Shown: in pieces, positions 10,740-20,000 of the stretch
Position numbering within the stretch: the stretch's first letter is position 1
How the letters are laid out: the number at the start of each line of letters is the position of its first letter
Assembly (NCBI GenBank): GCA_001724265.1
Contig: MEDY01000225.1
Coordinates: 49,295 to 69,294 of the forward strand
Direction of reading: 5' to 3'
From: Rhizaria sp. SCN 62-66
Taxonomy: Eukaryota
DNA: 20,000 nucleotides
Notes under the pieces: model-generated
The model's input: only the letters and a program-made list of their open reading frames with translations
Database searches by the model: none
What the model was told of the DNA's origin: nothing
Translations under genes and position numbers: made by a program

Positions 10740-13700
10740 ATGAACCTTACCCCCGCAACGTCATCGCACTCAGCCAGCATTGCGGCCCTCGCAGCGGCCG
10801 CCGCGGCTGCCGCAGCCGCTGCCACGGCCCCCGTCGACATCCCCCAGCTGATCGCCCCGCGCCCTCTCGCCCAGCCCGCTGCCCAGGTAGACCAGTCAGT
10901 CCCGTCCTTGGCCAAGGCCCCAGGCGCAGTGCCGCGTCGCAAGCGCGCCGCGGACTCAGCGTTCTCTGTTGGCGCGGCCCCGCGCGGCGCGGCCGCCAAG
11001 GGCAGGCGCGGCGCCGGCGCTGGCTTAGGTCCCGGCGCTGGCTTAGGTCCCGGCGCTGGCGGTGCTGGCGCTGGCTTAGGCGATGCTGGCGCAGCGGCCA
11101 GGGCGCCGCGCGCGCAGTCGCAGGCCGCAGCGCCGCGCACGAAGCGGGTTGCCGCGTCGACGCGGGTGAAGCGCGAGGCCTCAAGAAGCGGCGACTCCAC
11201 TCGCGGCCGTGCCGGACCCGTCGCCGTCACTGGAGCCGGCTCCTAGCACAACGCGATCGAGCTGAGCAGTGATGACAGCGACGACGATAACGGTAACGAT
11301 GGCGGCGACAAGAAGAAGGCGCCAGCGAGGAGGGCGGTGCGCAAAACTGGCATAAGCGGCCGCAAGAACTCGCTCCGCGCGGGCGCCGCCGGTGCCGCCA
11401 ACGACGGCGACGAGGACGACTTAAGTGGCGACAGCGGTCAGAGCGGGAGCGGCGGCAACGGGAGCGAGAGCGACTCCGATGGGAGCGGCAAGCAGCCGCG
11501 CGCGAAGCGGCCCCGCGCGGCCCCGGGCGCTGGGAGGCCGCCGGCGTCGCCCTCCGCGGCACGGATGGTGACCGTGGCACGCTACCAGCCGCCGCCGCGG
11601 CCGGCGTCGGCGCCGGGTGCGCTGCCGCCGTGCCCCTGGGCGCCGCGCTCGCTGATCGTGCCCGCCTCTACGCCCAGCCCGGTGCCGACTGCGCACAGCA
11701 ACAACAACAACAATAACAACAATGTCGGCCGTGTCGCCGGCGCGAGGAACGCCCGTGCGGGCGCGCCCGCCGGCGCCGTCATTCTCGCCGCCGCCGCAGC
11801 CGAGGCAGCAACGCGCGCGACAGAGGCGGAACACTTCGTCGCGGCCGCGGCCGCCGCGGACGCCGCCGCGCAAAGCGACGAGGTGACGCACGACGACGTG
11901 CCGTTCGTCGAGGCGCGGCTGCCCGCGGCGCGCGTGACGACCGTGACGTACGCTCGCCCGATGCCGCTGCCGACGCTGGCGTCGGCGCGCGCGGCGCTGC
12001 GCGAGGCCCGCGCGGGGCTGGGCCGCATGGTGACCGTTCACCGCTTTACGCCCTCGCCGCCGCACACGCAGCCGCCCTCGGCGGGCGCCGACGCGACAGT
12101 CTTCGCCGCCGTGTCCGGCTACGGGTGGATGAGCACCCGCATCACGCCTGTGCCGACCGACGGCGTGCCGCTCAACTCCGTCACGGGCACCGAGTACAAT
12201 TCGGGCAGGAAGCCCGTGCCGGTCGCGGCGAAGCTACGCGCGCTGGCCGCCACGGAGCGCGAGGCCGACGCGGCCCAGCCCTCGGAGGCCGAGATCGCGG
12301 CGGCCATTGTCAGCACTGTGACCGAGACGGCGCCCTCGGTCGAGGCGTGCGGCGGACAGCGGCTTGTGTTCGTGCGGCCCTCGCACACGCACATGTTTCC
12401 CGGCCCTGCCTTCGCCCGCGTCCCGATTCCGGAGGCCGTTGCCAAGCGCCGGGAAGGCATTGCAAAGAAGATGTTGATCAGTCAGAAAGATGACCCAACA
12501 ACGACAGTTGCCATTTCTGGTGATACTATCGTTGCTGCCACTACTATTGCTACTGACGCCGCGGCCGCCGCTTCCTCCGGCGACCGCGCCGCACCGAAGC
12601 CCCGCCGAAAGTCCGCCGCCTCGTCGAATGCGGCCGTGGCCGTCTCTGCTGCGCCGGCGTCCGACGGCGCAACCCCCGCGTCGCCGGCGTCGCCCTCGGC
12701 CGCTTCGTCCTCGGCCGCGTCGCCGGCGGTCGCGTCGCCGGCAGTCGCGTCGCTGGCGGTCGCGCGCCCGCGCCGCGTCCTGGGGCCCGGCGGCGAGGAC
12801 CTGGCCAAGGCGCTGCGCAAGGCCGTGAAGCGCGCCGAGGACGCGCGCCTGGCCGTGGGGCCCGCGCAGACCGTGGCGCAGTCCGCGGCCAGCGACGTGG
12901 CCGAGGCCGAGGAGGGCGGCGGCTCGGCGAGCTAGGTCGCCGGCCTGCGCAAGGCGTTCGAGGTCGCCCAGTCGTGGCTCGTGGCCAAGCGGCAGGCCGT
13001 GCTCGCCGCCGAGACCGACGTCGCCGCCAAGACCGCCGCGCTGGACGCGGCTCGGGGCGCGAGAGCGGGGACCATGGCGTTGATGCTGGCAGAGGACGGT
13101 ACGCGTGATGCGGACGCGAGCGATATTCACGAAGCTTATCACGATGTCATCCCAATGAACGACTCAGACGGCGCATCTGCTTCTAGTGTAGCGCCCGCAG
13201 CTGCCATTTCTGCTGCCGCCGCTGCTGCCGCTGCCGCTGCAGCCGCAGCTGCTACAACTGCGACACCAGATGTCGGGCGTAAGCAGAAACTCGCAATGAA
13301 CAAGGCACCTACACCCGCGCCCAGCTCAGCTACTGAGTCACGCATAGTCCCCGCATTGGGTCATGCGTCCACGGTGAAGCCGGTGAAGGCGGCGGCCCTT
13401 CCCGTGGCTGCGCCGCAAAATTCCGCGGGTGCGCCTGACCTGCAGACGCGCGCACTGCGCGAATGGCTGGCCGTCGCGCGCGCGCAAGGCTGTGACGTGC
13501 ACAGCTCATGCGCGCGCACGGTGCTCTGCAGCGACTTTATCGCGGCCCGCCTCGGCGCGCTGCTGGACCAGTTTCAGCCCTACGTCACTTTCGCCTAGTA
13601 CGACGACCTGTGTGCCGCGCTGCGCCGCATGCCGCTGCACGCGCTGCAGGCCGCCGCGCGCTCGCTGGCGCTGCACGCGCGCGCGCGCGACCTGAGCACC

Positions 13701-16049
13701 TTCCTCGCTGTTGCCTTTGGCGTGCCAGTGGGCGTGACTTCGCTCCAGCGCCTGCCCGAGGCCGTCAGACATCAGGTGTGGGCGCTCGCCGCGCTTTTTG
13801 ATCTCGAGCGCAACATCAACGCGGCCGCCAACAGCGCAGCCGCTTCTGCGGGGGCGCCGATGGCGCCGCTCGCCCCCGCACTGCTGCTGGCACCAGTTCC
13901 CTTGGCGACAAGCGCTGCTGAGCCTGGCCAGCCCAAGTCTGTGAAGAGGCCGCGGAAGAAGCGCGTTTCGCTCGACGGCCCCACGGCGCAGCCCATTGAC
14001 CTCGCTTCGCCAGTGCTGGCCGCGCTCGCGGACCGCTTGGTCGGCGAGGCCGCGCCCCCACCGCTGGAGCCGTTCAAGCCGATCGCGGTGCCCAGCGCGG
14101 CGGGGTTTAAGTCCCGCGCTGCGTCGCTGGCGCGCGATGCGCACGTAAAGCTGGAGCACTCTGCTGACCAGAGCGTTTTCACCCGACCGCTGCCGATGTC
14201 TCGCCTCACCCCGATGCGCGTCCACGCGGTGACCCCTCTCCGCACAGACGCGGCCGCAGCGCTCCCGGTGGCGCCTGCTGGCGTGATACCGTCCTCTACG
14301 GCGGCGTCCTCTGCAGCGTCCTCCACTGCGGCGCTGTCCGCGCTATCGCGGCCGCAGACGCCATCGGCTCTGGCACTGGCCGCGCAGGCGCAGCGCGTAG
14401 CCGAGATGGCGCAGGCCGTGGCGCAGCTGCAGCGGCAGAACCAGCAGCAGCAGCTCCAGCTCAAGGCCCGCGCGCAGGCGGTCTCGCAGGCCCAGTCGCA
14501 GGCGCACTCGCGGGCGCAGTCGCGGATGGGGACGCCACTGCGCCACCACAGCCCCGCCAGCGTCTCCGCCAGCGTGCCGCCCTCCGCGGCCGCGAGTGCC
14601 GCTGCGGTCGCGAGCGCTGCCGCGAATGCCGCTGCGCACGTCGCAGCGCCGACGCCGACGCAGTCTAGCTCAGAGGCGCCACCGCAACGGCAGCCGCAGC
14701 CGCAGCGTTCGACAACACAACTGGTGATGACCGCGCTCCCGCGGTCTCAGTCTTTGACGACGACGCCAGCACGGTCGCAGCCACGCCCACAGTCGCAGTG
14801 TCATGAACTGTCGCAGTCACATGCTCGTGATTCCGGGTTCCAGTGCTCACAACCACGACAAGAGCAGCACGGACGCGATTTCACCCAGTCACAAGAGGTG
14901 TTTGTGTCCTCGCTGCAGGCATCCATCAACACTTTGCCGGTACCGGTTACACAGGTCGACCCGCAGTCGCCGTCGCAGTCCAAGTTGCACACGTTCTCGC
15001 AGGTTTTGTCGCGCGCATCATCCGCCGCGCTTACCGCTGCCGGTGTCGCAGAGAGCGGCAACGCGGTTGCCGCAATGGCGGGCTCCGTGAGACCGGACGT
15101 GGCCGCTCTGGCCAGGGCGGCGGCGGTCTCCCCAGGCCACCTCATGTCGCGCACCGCCCCGGTTTTGGGCGCCGCCGCTGCGCCGAGTCAGATTTCGCAG
15201 CAGCAGCAGCAGCAGCAGCAGTAGCAGCAGCAGCAACATGAGAAGCAGCAGCATCATCAGGAGCAGCAATCGCCGCCTGCGGACGACCTAAGCGACGACG
15301 GCTCGCGCACCAACGTGGCGACGGTGATGGGCGACCTCGACGGCGACGGCTCCGATGGGGACGCAACGGGCGTTGACGCGCGGGACGGCGCGAACGACGC
15401 AGCTGCAGCAAGCAGCGATAGTGCTGGCTCTGTAGCGGAGCAGGCGTCCGAATCGCTGCAAGTAATTGCTCCTAACACGCAAACTGCGGCTGTCTGCATG
15501 ACTGACGACTCCGGGGAGCAGCATGTCCCTAATGCTGCACTTGATGCTGTTAATCCAGCTGCAGCGGCCACGGAAGACGACCGAGCCGTCGAGGTGGAGG
15601 CTGAAGGGACAGAGGCGGAGGTTGCGGCTGCGACTAAAACCGTGTCGTCTGCGGGAGCGGCTGTGAGCAGCAATAGTGGCGCTGATTTGCGTCAAAGTAG
15701 TGACAGCAGCAGCGACAGCGACGACGACAGTAGCAACTCCCCTAGTGAAAGCAGTGCGCTGAGCAGCGATAGTGAGAACGATGACTTTGTCGGGGGCGAC
15801 CCGGGTGTTGAGATCCCCACCAGCACCCTGACTGCGACACCTGACGCTGCCGAAGAATTCCGAAGTGCGCAAAGTAGTTCGCATCAGAACGACGTCAACA
15901 CGAGCCACACTGACAACAACAACACAAACTACCATGACGTTGATGAGGATGCGAACACAAACATCAGCACGGTCAGTCTTGCTGGGTCGGAGACCGAGAC
16001 GAGTCCGCGTATGCAGCCTCTTTCTCAGTTGAGCGAACGACTCCGCTGA
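10740..16049 (+). CDS. Large intronless, mostly disordered, probably nuclear protein (about 1769 aa) with 4 in-frame TAG codons read as sense (probably Gln)
   Basis: Track ORFs 10587..11246, 11337..12935, 12981..13598, 13629..15224 and 15315..16049 are in one frame. The only stops between them are single TAGs at 11244, 12933, 13596 and 15222, and the gaps translate cleanly. Ends in TGA at the GC-to-AT transition. ATG 10740 was chosen because GC content rises there (frame is open from 10587). NLS-like KRPRKKR and RRKR motifs. Confidence 0.8.
11014..11080 (+). repeat. 18-bp tandem repeat CCGGCGCTGGCTTAGGTC (about 2.6 copies plus a partial copy at 11067-11080), encoding (P)GAGLG
   Basis: Exact units at 11014-11031 and 11032-11049, partial at 11050-11060. 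Confidence 0.85.
15198..15236 (+). repeat. (CAG)8-TAG-(CAG)3-CAA poly-Gln tract with embedded TAG
   Basis: Read directly from the sequence, in frame with the 10740-16049 gene. Confidence 0.92.
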
Positions 16050-18271
16050 TGCGAGCACTCACCGCCTTTGACTTGTGCAGGTTGGATTTAAGTTGGGCAC
16101 ACAATCATGCTCGTAAACTGCAACTGAATTTGATCTCACTGTGATCTATACTTAGTTTTAACTGATATTTATTCATACTGACCCGAAAAGGTTGATGTGA
16201 GACAAAGTTGTGACGTGAGTTACTGACCATAAGCAGACACGTACAACACATTATCTAGATAATACAACTCTTCTCGAGAAAAGCTCATTGCATATTCATA
16301 ACGATAGGCCTACTTTCACAAGCACTTGTGACTGTAAAGCTCAGATCATCGTCATTCTTGTGACTTATGTTGACATATGTGCGAGTTCCTCGGAAATAAT
16401 TAATTATCGGTGATATGTCCGTTTTAATGTTGTTTAAACATTAATGGACGATCTTGCGTTAGATTAGCACATTTATGTTGTGGAAATGTCATTTCGCGCC
16501 ATTTGACTGTGGCCGTCACTGGGGCTTCACTGGCCGCGGGCTCATCATCATCGCACTTCGAAATCAAAAATGTAACACCACTGAAAATTTTAACACGTAC
16601 CGTGTGCGCAACGCTGGTTTTCTGCGTCTCCTACGATACCTTCGCTCCGCTACGGGCCCTTTAGCCCGGCCGGCAGTGTCACCCCCTACCCACATCATCC
16701 TTATAGTGAATATCTCACAATAATGTGAAAATGTGTTTGGGGTTGTTTAATAACGTGATTATGAGTAATAAGCCGGATGAATTGCTTCGTATAACCATTC
16801 AGACCTCGATTCATCATGAGGGTCACACTCAGACTTGGCTGGCAAGGGGTGTATCGAAGTCACTGAATGCTATCCATAGACTCGTGATGACACTCAGTTT
16901 TCACAATTCCCACCTGTATTAAATGAAATTATGAGTACTACCGTACAATTGTGATTTTCGTCACCCTGAGAAATCCCCTGATCAGAAGACCACCAAACGC
17001 TTGGTAGGTCACTCGTGCGAAATCGGCTACATTACTATGACAGAATATATCTCTTTATAATCCAACGTTGACTGAATAAATCTTGCTATTCTCAACGTAA
17101 TGGCACTTTAGATAGTAAATTAACTTGGTTATTTTGGTCTCTTTACAAATTTCACAAATATATATATCCTTATTTTAAGGGCCCCAACTGGGCCTCTAAA
17201 GTTACGTTTTTAGAAACTAACTTCAAGACGATTGGTTATGGCTAAGTAGTTGCAGAATCAAAATTTAAACACAGAAATTCAAATTTCAAAAGCGACTATA
17301 ATAATAAAAAAAGAGTTATATATTCACCCCAAAGTATATATACCGCAGTTTCTGCGATATTAGTTTTTCGTAAATCCTGGATATGGACCTAAAAAGGATT
17401 CCAACCACAATTTTAAAATATTTTGTGTGTGGAAAGTGGTTCGAAAGCCGGGATTTCTATTACTGACTTCATAATTTATGAAACTAAGGATTGCACATAT
17501 CTCGAAAATAAGAAATTGTTTCAAAATAATCTTCGACCCTCAAAATGCCCAAAAACGACCCATTGACTCGTGACATTATCAGCCCGTGACACAAAACTTA
17601 TTGTAAGCTTATTATGCTAGTATTGATGGACATAGTTTCACATCGTAGCTGACTCATAATACGTTCTTCCCGGTTAATAATGGAAACATTTTGGTTTAAC
17701 TTTTCGAAATTGCGCATGGCAAATAATATCTGCCCCATCGAGCTGTTTGTACATCGTTCCTTACCATATGGATACTGTCCGCGGTGTCATTGGTCAAGAA
17801 TGAGTGGTTGCAGTGGCGCGTGAATTGACGCAATATATGGATGAATTCCAGGCTGATTATAAAAAATGTGTTATATTACGTATTAGCTAGGTATGTATAC
17901 GTAGTACATTCGCATGTAATGTAGCTCATGCATTCGAGTCTATAGTGTTATTTTTTAAGACAAGGATCCAACCATGAGTTGTACTCAGTTTGTAACAATT
18001 TGGACACATTTTGGAGGCTAATCAATGAACACCAACAAATCAGAACAATTAATAGTAGTAGTAGATGAAAATAAACAATTATTTAATCAGAAATGGAGTG
18101 GAAAATCCACGGAAATTTACGAGAAATTAGAACTCGTCCAAGAGATCATGGGTGAATCATACAAGTCGCATAACGTTCATCATCTCAAATGCGCTAAATT
18201 GTTAGCTTATTAGAAAGCGAAAAAAGAAAAATTGAGAGATTGATAGAGAGAACACTCTGCATGAGAGACGC

Positions 18272-20000
18272 TCAGCGGAACTTATCGTCACCAAAGCAAG
18301 GGCAAAAGTGTGACATCACAGCTGCATCGGCGCACGTGCGCTGCGCACTCACCTCGCGCTCGATCAGACTCACAGCCCACGGTTCTGCGCGCCAGAGTCC
18401 TGCACCGGCGTCCGCGCCTGCGCGTTCAGCGGCGCCTGCCGCACCACCTGGATGAACAACACTTGCGCCCGCGCTTACGTTGTTTCGAGTGTCATCGGCT
18501 GCGCGTATGAGCGACTCAATGTCAGCAGCGTCTGCCGCGCGCTGCAGCTCCCAGGGCATTACGCTGTGCAAGTACATCCGTGCCGGCTTTTGCGTTCGCA
18601 AAGACCAGCGCGCCGCGCGCGCGCCAGAACCTGACTCAGTGTCTGCGCCTACGCCCGAGCCAGGCGACCACAGATGCACTGCGGCAGCAGCAGGAGAACT
18701 GCCGAGGCTGATCGGAGAAGATTTTATGTCGGAGCTTGCGCGTGCGGCAGCAGCTGCGGCTGCTGCAGTGGCTCCAAACAGCTCTAGCACTGCGGCGTCG
18801 AGCTCGGCCGCAGTCACGAGCGCAGCGGCGGCGCTGACGCTTGCGGCCGTCAGCGTGTCCGCGACAGAGCCAGTCGCAGTTGCGGCGGCGCGACGCAGCG
18901 CGAGGACCCGAAGCGCGACGGCGTCGTCCAACGGGTGCTTTGCAGACACAGTCCCCGATGTGGCAGCTTCAGCTGCCCCATTGCCACTGTAATTTGAAGA
19001 CGCGGTGCTTTGAGTTGCCATAGCAGCTGCAGCCGCATCAGAAGCAGCCACTGCATCAGAGTCGGTATTTTTCTCTGCGACAACAGGCGCGGTGGCCCTG
19101 GCCGTTGCAATCTGTCGCAGAGTTGCGTAGACATCAAACTGCGTCACAAGGCGTTGTTGATTCGTGCGCAACGCCGCCGTCGCACCGGGCAGCTCTTGCT
19201 CAAGCCAGCGCGGCGTGATGACCGTGAGCAGCGGCATCTTGCGCTCTTGTTGTCCAGCTTGGGTGTATTCGAATGCAACTCCCATGTGCAGCCCGTGGTC
19301 TGAATGAAGTAGAACCACAGCGTCGCGCAGCCAGCCGCGCGCAGTAGAGCCTCCGGCAGTGCCGGCCAAAAGATCCAACGTGCTATCATGGCCGTCATTG
19401 TCATTGGCGTCTTCAGTATCACCGGTCGCGCCGCTCATGCCGTCATCAATGTTCGACGCGGGAATGCCGTCGAAGTGCGCAGAACTGCTCGTGACAAAGT
19501 CGCCGTCACGCGCTGGATACCGGGCCCACTGCGCACGCAACTGCGCATTCACGCTTTCCGCTGCCATCACCCGAGCTGTACTCGTGTGTGACTGTGCACG
19601 TCGCTGTGGTCGAGCAAGACCTTGCCGCAGGAAGTTCGCAATTGGGGCATCAATGCTGCCCACAACGTCCGTAGTGGGCTCGTGTGCCTCCATCAATTCA
19701 ATCAGCAGAAAACGCGGGCGGCGCGGGGCATGTTGTGCAGAGCGGGTCATTAGACTAAGATGTGTCGCACGTGGGCGGTTCGCCTTATAGCTCCGGTTAT
19801 TCGCCACGTGATTGTTCAGCTCGCGTTTAGGGTCGCTGCCGCGATTGTGATCGCGCTTCTTCGCAGTCGTGTTGAAAGCACTGTTGCTGCGTTGGGGCGA
19901 GCATGAAACAGAGCTATCACGCACAGTGAAGTTCGCAAATAAAGAGAGCCGTGCTGACTCGCTTGAGCGGCACGCGCCATCGTCATCCACATCATCATCG
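18272..20000 (-). CDS. DUF229-like (alkaline phosphatase/sulfatase superfamily) protein, 3' part; 5' end lies beyond the window
   Basis: The frame is open to base 20000. Motifs recognised by eye: FLLIELMEAHE...IDAPIANFL, VVLLHSDHG (SDHG at 19303-19292), G..ERKMPLLTVITPRWL, ALRTNQQRLVTQFDVYATLRQI and C-terminal SLI.REV...RTCADAAV..HFCPC. Ends in TGA. Confidence 0.82.
   Translation of the reverse strand, partial: DDDVDDDGACRSSESARLSLFANFTVRDSSVSCSPQRSNSAFNTTAKKRDHNRGSDPKRELNNHVANNRSYKANRPRATHLSLMTRSAQHAPRRPRFLLIELMEAHEPTTDVVGSIDAPIANFLRQGLARPQRRAQSHTSTARVMAAESVNAQLRAQWARYPARDGDFVTSSSAHFDGIPASNIDDGMSGATGDTEDANDNDGHDSTLDLLAGTAGGSTARGWLRDAVVLLHSDHGLHMGVAFEYTQAGQQERKMPLLTVITPRWLEQELPGATAALRTNQQRLVTQFDVYATLRQIATARATAPVVAEKNTDSDAVAASDAAAAAMATQSTASSNYSGNGAAEAATSGTVSAKHPLDDAVALRVLALRRAAATATGSVADTLTAASVSAAAALVTAAELDAAVLELFGATAAAAAAAARASSDIKSSPISLGSSPAAAAVHLWSPGSGVGADTESGSGARAARWSLRTQKPARMYLHSVMPWELQRAADAADIESLIRAADDTRNNVSAGASVVHPGGAAGAAERAGADAGAGLWRAEPWAVSLIEREVSAQRTCADAAVMSHFCPCFGDDKFR

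Noticed and set aside
11244-15224. Pyrrolysine, programmed readthrough or A-to-I editing (UAG to Trp)
   Set aside because: Four TAGs per gene would make leaky readthrough negligible. The 3' contexts vary (TGC, CCA, GCG, GAG, CAC, GTC, TAC, CAG) with no shared readthrough signal. Trp or Pyl inside a poly-Gln tract is implausible.
7236-16049. Two decaying pseudogenes with nonsense mutations
   Set aside because: All eight lesions are the same codon (TAG), with no frameshift or internal TGA over about 7.6 kb, intact splice sites and intact coding GC bias. Unlikely but not formally excluded without genome-wide data.
16475-16922. Short ORFs 16475..16723 and 16725..16922
   Set aside because: Intergenic composition, no coding bias or domain.
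17160-17625. Possible Helitron/MITE remnant (TATATATCCTTATTTTAAGGGG, small hairpins near 17344 and 17399-17435, CTAGT near 17617)
   Set aside because: No matching terminal inverted repeats, target duplication or GC-rich subterminal hairpin; the hairpins are short and imperfect in AT-rich DNA.
18025-18243. AT-rich 62-aa ORF (72 aa to TGA 18241 if TAG=Gln)
   Set aside because: Composition is unlike the real genes; it is the purine-rich antisense of the probable DUF229 3' UTR, with no recognisable motif.
694-19998. Numerous overlapping alternative-frame and antisense ORFs in the track (e.g. 1085..1717, 5044..5919, 8844..9848, 12234..13142, 15288..16058)
   Set aside because: Shadow ORFs of GC-rich genes; Arg/Cys/Leu-rich translations with no recognisable domains.

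Overview
Eukaryotic (protist-like) nuclear DNA with very GC-rich, low-complexity coding blocks, AT-rich intergenic spacers and short AT-rich GT-AG introns. It holds five clear protein genes: a DNAJB12/14-type ER J-protein (788-2347, -), a three-exon coiled-coil protein (3368-6864, +), two unknown proteins (7236-9734 and 10740-16049, +) and the 3' part of a DUF229 alkaline-phosphatase-superfamily gene (18272->20000, -). The main result is that the two unknown genes are each a single reading frame interrupted by four in-frame TAG codons (eight in total), with no frameshifts and no internal TGA. One TAG sits inside a (CAG)n poly-Gln run, and every unambiguous gene end is TGA. This points to a non-standard nuclear genetic code with UAG read as Gln. 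Whether UAA remains a stop (the rare UAG-only reassignment) or is also Gln (ciliate-type table 6) cannot be settled from this window; two weak hints favour UAA=stop.
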